From Catajapyx aquilonaris (lineage: Eukaryota), in assembly GCA_000934665.2 (NCBI GenBank), contig KZ538732.1, forward strand, positions 1-50,548: 50,548 nt of DNA, written 5' to 3'. Made by a program: the position numbers and the translations under genes. Each line of letters begins with the position of its first letter. Position 1 is the stretch's first letter. Under the pieces are notes generated by a model. That model was not told the DNA's origin, made no database searches, and saw only the letters and a list, made by a program, of their open reading frames with translations. Positions 23,745 through 37,709 of this stretch are shown here, piece after piece.

Positions 23745-24186
23745 TTTTATTTTGCTTATTTTATTTATTATATTCATGCCACTTGTCCTGATTCATATTA
23801 TTATATCATATTTATAGCTGAGATTATATATAGTCGAGGAAATGGAATCAGATTTTCAGGAAAATGTGGCGTTAGATTCTATTAAAATCGAAGATGGAAA
23901 TTTTAGTGTGAATTTCAATTGATTAAAGAACGAGATAAAATGTAATAAATAAAACAAATCATTACAATAAATAATATTAAAGTAATATAATATATAAATT
24001 ATATAATCAGAACAAATGAAAAGTGAGCTGAATATAATAAACCGAATAGATAAAACAAATCATTGCAATAAATAAAATTATGTCTTCTATTTTAATAGCA
24101 TTAGTTAAGCAATTGAAATTCACTCTGAAATTTTCATCTTCAATATTTTAATAGCATCAAATGCAAATCTGACTCCCCTTCCTCAT
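23745..24186. repeat. Interleaved imperfect inverted repeats in AT-rich DNA
   Basis: GAGGAAATGGAATCAGATTT...CTATTAAAATCGAAGATGGAAATTTTAGTGTGAATTTCAATTG (~23836-23921) is inverted at ~24109-24185; a weaker second pair lies at ~23760-23800 / ~24000-24042. Confidence 0.7.
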
Positions 24187-27100
24187 CTACTCCTGAGTTA
24201 AATCAACCGTATGTAAGTCAAAGCCCTTCACTTCTATGGGCCCCTGAGATAAGTCAAAAAAAAAGAAGGCAGCCACACTTAGCCCCCATCTTTTTCTCTT
24301 TCCCTTCAAAAAATTCCAACCCTGTCCATGCGACTCCATTCCCATGATTACCAGATGCAATGGGGAGTGAAAAAAGAAGGGTTGCCAGAGTGAGTCAGGG
24401 TTAGGGGGGACCCTCACATATCTGAGAGAGAGAGCAGTGCCTTAATGCCAAGCCCTCCCCCCATTTTTCCATCCAACTGCTCAAATAGGGCCCCCTTTTT
24501 AGGCTCCTCCTTTTCCCCACCTCAAAACCCCTTTTCTTTTATTATGAAAAAAGGAGGACGAGAGAAAGAGCCCCATTTTCCCTCCATCTTTTGTGTGAAG
24601 CTGGGGAAAAAGAGTGGTTTATATTTAAATTTATGAGAATGGTAAGGTGCCCTGGCTTGACCAGTGCTTTGTGTTGTTGGAGACTCGGATTTATTAGGGT
24701 CGCCACTGGGAGGAAAATGTCAACCCCAGTGTTGCCAGTTGGTTCAAAAAATATTGCAAAATATTAATGGAAGTATATACGTATAATATCTATTGCAGAT
24801 ATTCGCATTTTCACAGGAAACGCTTGGCTTTGCAAAATTTTGTCATTTTTTTGAAATTATGGAATTTTATAGGTTCATGTAACAGTCACATTTTACTGTA
24901 ATAATTATAAATGCGTTTGCAGCACTGGTTACACTTGATAAGGCCCCATCAAAAAGGGTAACACTCATGGGAAAGTCGATTTTGGCCATAATAATGACAT
25001 TAATTCAGGCTTAAGTGAACAATCGGATATTCTAAAAATCATCAATTGCAAATATTACAGATTTTTTAAATGCAATAATTTATTGGACTCGACAATTCCG
25101 ATTTTATACCAGAAAAATTCCATAATTAGGCTGATTTTTACCGGACCAAAATATTTAGTACAAAATTAATTTTCTGCCAGTTTACTACTAAACACTGCGT
25201 CAGTTCAATCCAAAGTTAATATCAATTAATAAATATTTATAAAAATATTGCAGTCAATTTGCGCACGACATATTTGTAAACGAAAAATACCTCATAATTA
25301 TGTGAAGTATTTTTCATTCAAATTTTTTTCAGACGAAAATATTGTTTCCAATGTGTAATGATTTCAGCCGAAAATGGCAACTTTGTATAGATTTCACCGA
25401 GGCGACGTTGCCATTTGGCCCAACCTTCAACCCCATGCAAATAGGAAGCGAAAAAAAACCCTTCCAGAAATCCTCACACCCAACCAGCAGTATCGCAAAC
25501 ATAAAATATTTCTCCAAAAAACCCCGACACTTCCTCCCCCACTAAGCTTTTAAAGTCCCGTTTGCAAAATGGCTCCAGTTTCCATTTTCTGAAGCAGCTT
25601 TTAGTAGGTTCGCCCCGCAGAAAAAGAAGCTTTTTCGGAATAAAAACGAGAGTCGCCCATATCTGTTGCCAACTTTCAGTGTAAAAACACTTGATTTATC
25701 AGATGATATGTGGAAAGCCTTTTTGAAACATCGAACAAAACACTGGGCGCCATGTTGGGCCATCCTTGTTGCCCACTCTCACATATACATGGAGAGAAGT
25801 TTATGGGCAGTCCAACGACATCATGGAGCGAGCCCAAGTGGCCCTGAATAAAATCTCGACTTCTAGGGTATAGGGTGGGTCCTCTCTTCTGACCCCCCCC
25901 CCCCCTTCCTCCTCCTTCTCCCTAAAATCGCTTCCAGGCCACACGCCGTTATTGCCCCAAACTGCCTCTGAAGGATTGGAATCGATGCTGGAACCCGCTC
26001 CATTTGTGATAAATCTGTCCCGAACCCTGGCCCACCCCCCCTTTCCAACACTTCTTTCTTCCCAACAGCTTCTATTCCTAATATCGCCACACATTTCATG
26101 CACACCTCTAGATCCGCCATCTTTTTTTGCAGAGAATTTAATTATGGTGACATGAGCTTTTCAAATTTGCGATGTTTGATATATCGTTGTACTGGTCACA
26201 TCAAAAATTACACCAGCCACAGGCTGGGTTACTACAGTATATCCGGGTAGCGGAATTTTAGGATTTTTTTAAAAAAATTGTGATACATATTTGCACAAGA
26301 AGCGATATATTTTATCAATAAATTGTTGTATATTTTATTTTTTGACATAATTATCTTACATAGGCGATATGAAAGGCAAAGGTTGTCGGTATGTCCCATT
26401 TCGCTTCCTGTCTGCCCCACCTACCCCTCTACCATGTCATAGCCATGGTACTGAAATAGATAATTATAGTCGCCTAAATAACATTGAAATAACATATCAA
26501 ATAAGTAATATACCGTATTATTTTGGTGATATATATTATAAAATATTTCAGATTATTTTATATATTATTATTTTGGTAATGTATTATTAATTTTATATAT
26601 TTCAGTATATTTTACATATTATTTTGGTGATACAAATTATAAATAATGTTTCAGTATATTTTATAACTTGAAACCTTTCTGTATAATCACATTGCCGGTA
26701 TTAATTTATTTTATCTGCATGAAATACTAAGATTGTTCGTTTATTTGTTTGTCCAGGTTTGGTTGACATGGGTTCTCATGGCATCCGGTTTCCAGGCCAT
26801 AGATTAGAATCTGCACAACAGTATTTGGGCATGCGAAAAACGGGTTCCGCTGCTAGTTTATTTATACACAATAATTATTTTATCAGGCTTGGCATTTCTC
26901 CCTGCCGGATCCGAGGCAACTGAGGCCACTAGACGAAAGAATAATAGCCATTCACCAAACTATCGGGGATTTTTTTCTTCATAAAAACGTCTAGCAACAC
27001 ACGTTGTGAGGTCCGCCATATTTTTTAAAAAGGCCGACTTGACTAAGCGGGCCTCATTTTTCACCTGCTCGAATAACGAGTCAACCTGTGCGGACTTTAT

Positions 27101-27469
27101 GAAAAGGATATTTTTTTTTAGGAAAGGGAAAGGGGGCTAAGGCAATGGCCATCTTGGTTCCGCCATTTTTCATTTCCCCCGTTTTTCGAATTTAAAATCC
27201 TGGCATATAATAACATGCATATTCAAAGGCAAGCAATAGTCTATTTAACACCGGTTGAAACCTGTATAAATCGTCAATTAGTACTTGTCCGCGGTGCCAT
27301 CCATTACCCGGGCCACGCAAAATGGCTGTCCATAACCGCCTCTCCATAAACGGAAAATATTCCTCCCCCTCTGATAACATCCTTCCTTTTCGAGCCCGCC
27401 ATTGTTGTAACTATTATAAGTATACCAAAATGTATTTTACTATTACTAAGATACATACAGTATAACGAT

Positions 27470-27640
27470 GATTTATTTTTCAAATTAAGTTATATTTATT
27501 TTTTCAAATTAAGTAATATTTATTTTTTCAAATTAAGTAATATTTATTTTTTCAAATTAAGTAATATTTATTTTTTCAAATTAAGTAATATTTATTTTTT
27601 CAAATTAAATCCTTTTCATTTTTCAAATTAAATATTATTT
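27470..27640 (+). repeat. 24-bp tandem minisatellite, ~6 copies
   Basis: Unit CAAATTAAGTAATATTTATTTTTT. Confidence 0.95.
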
Positions 27641-27869
27641 ATTTTCTAAATTTAATTATTATGGTAACTAATTATTTTAACTGTTGATAACTAATTAATT
27701 TAACAGAATTGACAATAACTAACTATTTTAGCTATTATTACTATTATTACAAGTAATATGGATTTGAAGTCGTTCAAACATCTTGAGGACATGTATTTTA
27801 CATTTTTACTACACCTATAACTAAAATTTTTATATCAAATATATTAACCGCTATATTTGTCAAATGTAA

Positions 27870-28022
27870 CTATTACTGATTATTTCAAATATATTACTGA
27901 TTATTTCAAATGTATTACTGATTATTTCAAATATATTACTGATTATTTCAAATGTATTACTGATTATTTCAAATATATTACTGATTATTTCAAATGTAGC
28001 CTATTACTGATTATTTCAAATG
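27870..28022 (+). repeat. 21-bp tandem minisatellite, ~7 copies
   Basis: Unit TATTACTGATTATTTCAAAT(A/G), with the A and G variants alternating. Confidence 0.95.
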
Positions 28023-28051
28023 CGACTATTACATAAATATTATTTCAAGTG

Positions 28052-28165
28052 TAACTACTATTATAACTAAAATATTTTAACTGTTGATAACTACTATTAT
28101 AACTAAAATATTTTAACTGTTGATAACTACTATTATAGCTAAAATATTTTAACTGTTGATAACTA
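28052..28165 (+). repeat. 36-bp tandem repeat, 3 copies
   Basis: Unit TAACTACTATTATAACTAAAATATTTTAACTGTTGA. Confidence 0.92.
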
Positions 28166-29869
28166 ATTATTTATTAGCTATTATACTGTAACTATTATTG
28201 AAATAAATATGGATTTAAAGTCGTTCAAACACCCTGAGAAGACCCGCACGAACACAGGTCGTATGACCAACCGATCAACCAACACTTACAGTCATGTCCA
28301 AATCATGACTAGAGTTAGTTAAACGCCAGTTTGGTTGATGCAACCATCCCTGAAGGTGCCAAGGCTTGTTAATCGCAACCCGATTTGCGAATCCAACTCA
28401 TGCCCATATAAAAAGGGTGGTTCTGAAAGCCCCCCTCATCCTTTTTTTGACACATTATCTGGTCCTCCCCCCCCCCCCCCCTGAAAGACTTTGGGGTCCT
28501 CTAGGGGGACACAAGAGTGTGAGTGGGCCCAAAAAGCCGTCTCTGGAAAGGTGTCGCTCTAGAGATCTTTTGGCTGGGGTCTCCCGGTGGACAATTTTGT
28601 TTTTTGTGGGACGGACAGAAGAGTGTCCCCATTTTTTGAGCCGCACCAACACTCCACATTAGACTGAATAATTTATATACAACTCTCAGATTAAATGCAC
28701 CGGGGGATTCCTCCACTTTCAAATGTGCATGAAGGTAATTGGGGACGTGCAGAGAGTGGAGTACTTTGCATAATTTTGTTTGTGGCTCTATGTACATGGT
28801 GGTGCAGAATTATTCGGACAAAATTGCTGAAATGGATAGGCGGACATCTGAGGAGCATTTTATGTAGATAGGTCACTTTGTATACGCGGCATTGCTACCG
28901 ATCTAATTAGATTCAAACATGTATTATGTGAGCTACATAGGCGATGGAAGTGTCTCATGCTGTATCGGCCCACGTTCTTTTAATTAATCTGCGTAAATAT
29001 ACTGTACAGTTAAAACCATTTCAACAATGAGAGGTTAACCCTCTCCATCCCCCCCCCCCAAAAAAAGGCCACCTCCCCACCCCCAAAATGCCAATTTTGG
29101 TCCTAGCCTCCCAAAAGTTTTTCATAAGTCAGACGTATATTTTTCGGCGGACTAAGTTGTGAGAACGGCCCAAAAAAACAACGGAAAGGGTGGGGGGAAG
29201 GGTGGCAAAAAATTTCTTCCTCCCCACCCCCTCCCCCTCCCCCACCCCCTCCCCAAACCCAAGACTTGATGAAATGCACTGTGGGCCTCTTCTAAATTGC
29301 ATGAGGGCCAGGGTGGGGGTGGGGGGGGGGGGATGGGAACGAATTGCATTAGGATTATTGGAGGCATACTTTCATATTTAATAAAACGCGATTTTTCCTT
29401 CAATTTTTAGGGGGCTCAGCAGACATGCCCGATATGTGTATTCGTACCGATGTTTGTTTCTTCCAGGCAATACTAGATGGCAGGAGTGTTCTCTCGTTCA
29501 GCATAAGTTATTTGTAAACCATTGGCATATTGCGCTTATTTTCCTAACTGAAACGAAGCTCCTTGATTTTAATTGCTTAAACACAGCTACTACTTATTTT
29601 CACACTCTGAATAGCGAACGTTATCTTTAGCTTCTCCTTTACAGCTGCTATTTTCGGCTCCTGAATAGTATACTTTCAATTCGCGGCTTAAACATAGCTG
29701 CTCATGTTTTGTAATGATTTTAGCCGTTCCTTCTTACTTGCTATTCTTGGCCCATGAACAGCTTAAAATTATGATTGATTAAACAGAGCTGCTATTTTGT
29801 AACAGTAATTGTTGATTCCTGATAGGATTTTAAATTTCGATCTGATTAAACCCAGTTTCTAATTTTTAC

Positions 29870-30590
29870 GTGATCAATCACAACCGTTATTTTCTGCTGC
29901 TATTTTTGACACCCTGACTCCTGTTGTTACTGATTAACTAGCTGCTCCTTTTAATATGATGAATCTCAACAGTATTATTTTTCTATGCTCTTTTGCACCT
30001 GCTATTTTTGGCCCTTGACTCCCGTTATTACAGCATAACTAGCTGGTTCATTTTCTACAATGAATCGCAACCGCTATTTTCGCGGCTATTTCGTAGCCGC
30101 TATATTTGGCTCCTTATTCATGATTTTATGGATTAAACTAGCTGCTTCATTTTCTATCATGAATCGCAACCGCTATTTTCGCTGCTATTTCTTTGCTGCT
30201 ATATTTGGCTCCTGATTCATGATTTTATGGATTAAACTAGCTGCTTAATTTTCTACGATGAATCGCAACCGTTATTTTCGCTGCTATTTCGTAGCTGCTA
30301 TATTTGGCTCCTTATTCGTGATTTTATGGATTAAACCAGCTGCTTCATTTTCTACCATGAATCGGAACCGTCATTTTCGCTGCTATTTCTTTGCTGCTAT
30401 ATTTGGCTCCTTATTCGCGATTTTATGGATTAAACCAGCTGCTTCATTTTCTATGATGAATCGCAGGCGTTATTGTTCACTACTCTTTTTGCATCTGCTA
30501 TTTTTTTGGCCCTTGACTTCTGTTGGTACAGATTAAACCAGCTGCTCCTTTTTAAATATGATGAATCACAACCGTTATTTTTTCTGTTGC
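29870..30590 (+). repeat. 99-bp tandem repeat (4 homogeneous core copies at 30060-30460, degenerate flanking copies)
   Basis: TGAATCG(C/G)A at 30061, 30160, 30259, 30358 and 30457. Confidence 0.95.
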
Positions 30591-32560
30591 TTTTTATGCC
30601 ACTTTGGTCTTCCGACTTTGACCTACGATAAGTCCTTCCCGCGACACCATTTCATCGTCCCTGATCCCCCAATCTTGACTCTATGAATAGGTTTGAATGG
30701 CTTTTGTCCCGAATTAGTAGTGGGCGTGGCCTGGAGCAGCCTCTAAGACTTCTTCCCTGATCCTCGTAAGTAGCTTGTCTCTCCATTCCATTACCTTCCC
30801 TCCCCACTTTATCTTCTCTATTTTTCCCCCCTCTCCCTCCCCCCACCCTCTTCCTCCTTATCTGCCTTGTTTCCTCGAGACATTTCCCTGCTCGCTACTA
30901 GCAAGTTGCTGCAAACTCTTGATTGCTAGAGATGATTTGACAGTCTGGAGGCTTCAAAGTGGGACGTTCCTCCATCCCCCTCTTCCCCTCCCTCCCTCCT
31001 CTCCACCAATTGAATATTCACCCTGCCTGCTAATGAGATAATCACCAAGGCATTACAGGCAAATACCACCCAAGTTGTGGGTTCGATTCGGAGGGGGGGG
31101 CGGGGGAGGAACGGGGAGAGGGAGTGGGGAGAGGCTGAGATTTTTTGGGCCCCAGGCAAGTGCGGTAATACCTAACATTCAAAATGGCACAAATGAGGTC
31201 GAATTACGGATATTGCTCTTAATTTAATTAGTACTGACAATATTCTACCTTCTACAAGAGGATTTAGAAGCTCTTACAAGGTAGTGACCTACTGACCTAT
31301 AATTTTGGTTATCGCATTTTATTGTAACAAAAATTATATTCCACATCCTTTTAGCTGGCTAAGAAAAATTATAGCTGAAAACTATGAGTCATATCATAAA
31401 TTACAAATAATAAGTGACTGCGAAAATAGTTAAAAACAACAATAATAATAATCAGCGATCAAACGTCAATATAACATTAGAAGTGAAAATTAATCAGAAA
31501 ATGAAATTTAAACTAATAAATTTTTGAACTTATAAAATACCAACTAAGAACTAGTAAATTGTTAAATTCATAAATATTAACATGCTAAATTCTACCCTAT
31601 TTTAAACTTTTTAACAATTTTTGAACAAATCCATGTTCGAATTTAATACAAATCCAACATTTAAATAATCTGATCAACATTTAAAATAAAACATGAAAAT
31701 TAATAATTAACGTATAATGTAATGTATAAGTAAATGTATAAATTTACATTTCATAATTGTTATTATAAATTTATACATTAACTTATTAAAGGATTTATTT
31801 TAAATTTTCTGAAGTAAAAATGTATCAGTTTAATATTTATGACTTTAACAATTTGCTACTTTAAAATTTATAAATCAGAAAATTACTTAGTTAAGCATTT
31901 ATTACTTTGAATTTAATTTTCTGTTTTACGTATACAAATTAAATACAGTAAGTAAATAAGAATTATACGCAAATATCGTAAAAACTGTAAATATCATATT
32001 AACAAGAAGTGAATGTCAAGAATGTAACTAATATCGAAATAATAGCGTGAAAACGACTCCGACTACAATATTTCGTAGCAGCTACGCGACCTTTATTCCG
32101 ATAGCATCTTGGTGAAAACGCGTTGATTCAATAGTCGTCTCTTGCAAATTGTCCCTAAATAGTTTTCTATTTAGCATAAAATTTGCCGTTTTCCCCTCCC
32201 TCTTTGCCACCCACTTCGGAAACCGCAATGTCCAGGGTCGCCGCAGCATCTAATGATAAATTATATCGAGCGTGGTCTCCTCCCCCTCCCTCTCCCCCGC
32301 CACCACTTGGAAAGGGCACACTTCCTGAAGTGTTGCCTAATCTTAATTGACTTTATGTAAATCCCACGCCGGCGTTTTATTCCGGACCAACAACCGCTAA
32401 ATCACCCGCCCGGAGTTCACGCACTACATTGTCGGAACAAATCAAACCAACCAGAGCAAAAGGTTACTCCTCTCTTTTTTGTCTGAGTCAGAGGTTACTT
32501 TGCCACCCACTCCGGACAACCCACTGGAAACGACCAAGGAGGAGTTGATAATATCATAGC

Positions 32561-32780
32561 TATCATACGACGAGTAATCTTACGAGCTGTATCATAGTGG
32601 CTGTTATACGAGTTGTCATACGAGTACTCCTATCATACGACGAGTAATCTTACGAGCTGTATCATAGTGGCTGTTATACGAGTTGTCATACGAGTACTCC
32701 TATCATACGACGAGTAATCTTACGAGCTGTATCATAGTGGCTGTTATACGAGTTGTCATACGAGTACTCCTATCATACGA
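32561..32780 (+). repeat. 70-bp tandem repeat, 3 perfect copies
   Basis: TATCATACGACGAGTAATCTTACGAGCTGTATCATAGTGGCTGTTATACGAGTTGTCATACGAGTACTCC at 32561, 32631 and 32701. Confidence 0.97.
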
Positions 32781-32859
32781 GTACTCATATGAGTTTTCAT
32801 ACGAGTAATCATACCAGTATCATACGATCTGTCATGCAAGTTATCATGCGAGTTGCCAT

Positions 32860-33135
32860 TATACGAGTTATATTATACGAGTAATTATACGGATATGATA
32901 CGAGTAATATACGAGTTATATTATACGAGTAATTATACGGATATGATACGAGTAATATACGAGTTATATTATACGAGTAATTATACGGATATGATACGAG
33001 TAATATACGAGTTATATTATACGAGTAATTATACGGATATGATACGAGTAATATATGAGTTATATTATACGAGTAATATACGAGTTATATTATACGAGTA
33101 ATATGCGAGTTATATTATACGAGTAATTATACGAG
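32860..33135 (+). repeat. 48-bp tandem repeat, ~4-5 copies
   Basis: Unit ATACGAGTTATATTATACGAGTAATTATACGGATATGATACGAGTAAT. Confidence 0.95.
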
Positions 33136-33139
33136 TATG

Positions 33140-33310
33140 ATACGAGTTATTACCTGAGTAAATGTCATACGAGTTATTACCTGAGTAATTGTCATACGAG
33201 TTATTACCTGAGTAAATGTCATACGAGTTATTACCTGAGTAATTGTCATACGAGTTATTACCTGAGTATTTGTCATACGGGTTATTACCTGAGTAATTGT
33301 CATACGAGTA
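33140..33310 (+). repeat. 27-bp tandem repeat, ~6 copies
   Basis: Unit CATACGAGTTATTACCTGAGTAA(A/T)TGT. Confidence 0.95.
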
Positions 33311-34119
33311 TCATACGAGTTATTATATGAGTAATTGTCATATTAGTTATACGAGTTATATACGACGACTCATGCTGTCGAGCTTCAGTTTTCTGTCCAG
33401 ACTAAAACCCTAAAAATTGCGAAAAAGTTGCTAAATTTTTAATTTTCCCTATTTGATTAGGGCCTGTCCGATTTGCCCCCCATCTGTAAGGTTATGACTG
33501 GGAAGTTGAGTGGGGGAGGGGGGGGGGGGGTCTAAGGGACTAATCCTGAGCCGCCAATCGGAGTGGCAATAACGCGGTTTTGTAATTTGAACCTGCCATT
33601 TACCATACCCCCCAATTTTCAGGGGGTCCCAGCTTTTTGGGGGCTCTTCTTTTCCTCCCCAACAATTAACTCCTTCCTACAGAATGTAATTAAATTTGAA
33701 GATATATTTCCCTCCCACCCCCCTTACCCGCCTCCACGTCTCTCCCCGTGATTTCCACCCTCTTGTTTCCTTGTATTCCCTAGTCGGCTCTCTCCAGGAA
33801 AAGTTTTACGGGGGTCTATAGGTATGGCGGGTAGGAAGGGCCAAAGTTCCCGAGAGCGCGACTTTTTGCCTTTATTAGCAGCTCTTTTCAGAGTCTATCC
33901 TTGACTGTGCTCAAAGACTATAAACGGAGATTTTTTTTCCACTTCCTATCAAAAAGTAGGCGAAAGTCAGAAGGTGAATCAAAAAATCGGTACGCCAGTT
34001 GCATGGACGCAGATTAAGGAGCAAATCTCTGATTTTCTGAGATAATATGGAGATTTTGTCTAATAATTATGATTTTTTTCATCCACTAATCGCATCAAAC
34101 AGTAATCGTAACAACTATT

Positions 34120-34425
34120 CGAAATATAACTATTAGAAATGCAACTAATTAGAAACTATTAGAAATATAACTATTAGAAATATAACTATTAGAAATATAA
34201 CTATTAGAAATATAACTATTAGAAATATAACTATTAGAAATATAACTATTAGAAATATAACTAATTAGAAACTATTAGAAATATAACTAATTAGAAACTA
34301 TTAGAAATATAACTATTAGAAATATAACTATTAGAAATATAACTATTAGAAATATAACTATTAGAAATATAACTATTAGAAATATAACTATTAGAAATAC
34401 AACTATTAGAAACTATTAGAAATAT
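34120..34425 (+). repeat. 15-bp tandem minisatellite, ~20 copies
   Basis: Unit CTATTAGAAATATAA with occasional shortened units. Confidence 0.97.
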
Positions 34426-36204
34426 AACAGCTGTAAATGTAGCTGCTTATGTTGAAATGGCTTTATAGTAACGATTTGAAGCCATTAATTTAGATAACAG
34501 GCTAAATAACTGTTACGAATATTATCGCTGCAAATATAGCAGCGTAGAGAAAAAATATCTAAATCGCAGCTATGTTGGACCAAAAATATAGATAACTCTT
34601 TAAAGCAAATGTTACGAACATAACTGATATAAATGTAGGTATACAGTACATAATTATAACAGCTGTAAATGTAGCTATACAGTGCACATATAACAGCTGT
34701 AAATGTAGCTATACAGTATAAATAACATCTATAAATGTAGCTATACAGTGTGTATATAACATCTATAAATGTAGCTATACAGTAGCGATTAAAAACCCTT
34801 AATGGAGACAACTGGCTAAATAACTGTTACAAATATAACCGCCATAAATGTAACAGCTTAGAATGAAAATATCTAAACAGCAGAGTCTGTTACAACAACA
34901 AAAAACATAACTCTTTAAAGAAACTGCTACAAATATAACGACAAAATAATGTACTAGTAGCAGTTTATGCAAGAAATAGATACATGCTAGCTATTTTGAA
35001 CGAATAATGGAGTAACTGTTACGACTATAACAGCTTTGGATGTAGCAGTTTGGTTAGAAAAATAGCTACATATCAGCTAGTAATTAAATCCGGATTAAAT
35101 CCCTCTATTTTTAGGTCTAGAATAGGCAACAAGCATTCAGTCTGATATTAGTAGCTAATAATTTGGTAAAATAAGCCACCTGTTTTATTAGTTATTTGTA
35201 TTACTTATTAGGAGTGAGGTGGAGAGAGATCAGTTTTGAGCCGACTGTACCTCCATAAATGATCGGCTTGGAAGGGATTTTGAGAGAAGCTTGACATTAA
35301 TATCCCGGCAGATAACACCAATACATCACCCCTCTGATCTTTTGTTTATATTAAAACATATAGCTAGCACGGTCTTTGTGGTCTCTGAATTCATGGCAGG
35401 GCGACGAATAGCCCAGGGGGGTGTTGGATGGGAGGTTCGCATGTTATCGATTGAAACATGTCGTTATCGCTTCCACTACTAGGTCAAAAAAAGATGACAA
35501 AATTTTTCCGATATTTCCAACACTAGTATGGAAATGACGTCATCACATTTGGCGCGAAGTTCAAAACTGTTAGAATAATTTTGTTTTAATTTTTTAAACA
35601 ATTGATATGATTACTTCAAAAATGATGCCCAGTACCAACTGAAACTATATTCTGATGATCACGGATTGGTGTATTTCGGTTGGTACACACGGAGGTCCCA
35701 ACTTATTGTGGCGGAGTATTTTACCCCCCTTCACTTACGCCCAGATAGACTCAACGCTGATTCCTGGTTTGCGTCAAAAAGCGGTCATTTAAAACGACCC
35801 AATGAAAACTGGTTTTGTGGGGGTGGCGTGAGTTATGCGTGATTTTGAAGCTCCGCGTCACGTCGGCCGGATTAATGGCAGCCATATCCCCGATTCGCCC
35901 ATCAATTTTACCCGGACCCGCCCCCTTAAAAAATTACATACCCGCATGTTCGTATGATCTGCGTAATCCATATACAAGCCCAACGCATCAAACCGGAATT
36001 TGATGTATGACGATGACATAATTATTGTCGCAGGCCAGGGGAATATGGCCAAGTGGCGATTTTTGGCCTAAATATCATCACTTCCACCACTAAAAATAGC
36101 AATAAACATAATGGTAGCTACTGGAAATAGCAGTTATCAGTGCGGGAGACTAGAATAGCTACTTGAATAGCAGTGATCTCTGCTAGTCACCAAAACAGCT
36201 ACTT

Positions 36205-36522
36205 CAAATAGCAGTGAACATATTGGAAGCTATTTCAAATAGCAGCGAACATATTGGAAGCTATTTCAAATAGCAGCGAACATATTGGAAGCTATTTCAA
36301 ATAGCAGCGAACATATTGGAAGCTATTTCAAATAGCAGCGAACATATTGGAAGCTATTTCAAATAGCAGTGAACATATTGGAAGCTATTTCAAATAGCAG
36401 CGAACATATTGGAAGCTATTTCAAATAGCAGTGAACATATTGGAAGCTATTTCAAATAGCAGTGAACATATTGGAAGCTATTTCAAATAGTAGTGAACAT
36501 ATTGGAAGCTATTTCAAATAGC
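36205..36522 (+). repeat. 31-bp tandem minisatellite, ~10 copies
   Basis: Unit AAATAGCAG(C/T)GAACATATTGGAAGCTATTTC. Confidence 0.97.
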
Positions 36523-36665
36523 GGTTATCAGTACTAGCAATTATAATAGCTCTTTGACCTTATCGGTTATTAGTAGTGGTCATCAGAATAGCTCTTTGAA
36601 ATGGCTGCGATCAGTACTGATCATTCAAATAGCTACTGGTAACTGCAGTGATCTGTAATAGCGAT

Positions 36666-36960
36666 CAAAATAGCTGATTGAATTAACAGTGATCTTTGTT
36701 GGAAATCAAAATAGCTGATTGAATTAACAGTGATCTTTGTTAGAAATCAAAATAGCTGATTGAATTAACAGTGATCTTTGTTAGAAATCAAAATAGCTGA
36801 TTGAATTAACAGTGATCTTTGTTAGAAATCAAAATAGCTGATTGAATTAACAGTGATCTTTGTTGGAAATCAAAATAGTTGATTGAATTAACAGTGATCT
36901 TTGTTAGAAATCAAAAAAGCTGATTGAATTAACAGTGATCTTTGTTAGAAATCAAAAAAG
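36666..36960 (+). repeat. 41-bp tandem minisatellite, ~7 copies
   Basis: Unit AAATAGCTGATTGAATTAACAGTGATCTTTGTT(A/G)GAAATCA. Confidence 0.97.
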
Positions 36961-37709
36961 CTACTGGCAATAACAGTGAGATACTGGTGGCTACTGGATA
37001 TAGCAGATGCCGGTACCAGTATGTAGCAGTGACTGGTCTACCTAACTTCAGGATACACCATTAATTTCGGCCAGTGTTTCGGGCGAGTGTTGGCACCCCT
37101 GACTGCCAAGATTCTTCCCGGCTGCAGTGTATGAGCGAAGACTTTTTCCCCCCTCTTCTTTTTCTCTCTTTTCTTATAAGCGTGAAAATCACTGACTCCA
37201 GCAGTATGAATGCATCGCTGGTTCTCTCGGAAACACTTTTTCACTCTTCTCTTCGCAGACGGAAGAGGAAATCGAGCGTGGCTTCCGATAAGGAGGAATT
37301 AATCACAAATCCATCCCCCCTTTTCGGCTAGACTGGTCAGAAGCTAGACCAGAACCTCCACCCAGAAAATTTTCTTTTCTTTCTTCTTCTTCTTCTTCTT
37401 ATTTTTTTCCCCTTCTCCATAAGTTGTCCGCACCAAAATGAATTACATGTTTGACGCCCTCTGTGATCATCGATACTCGGCCAAGTAAAGTAAGGCGCTC
37501 CTGAAGGTTTTCCCGATAAAGGAGGAGCCGTCCTGTCATTCAAGATGAAAGGTAAATGGTGGTGACTTGACATCAGGCACGTGGGTGTGTTATTAGCCCT
37601 TAATGTCTACTTAATGTTGTGCGATATTTCGACATATCGTACATGTGATGGATAGTAGGCTACTGTATAACTAAAACCATTTTCAAAAATCACATATAAT
37701 GTATACATT

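Noticed and set aside
32853..33101. Repetitive IYELYYTSNYTDMIRV protein
   Set aside because: Translation of a 48-bp minisatellite; no ATG start or gene context.
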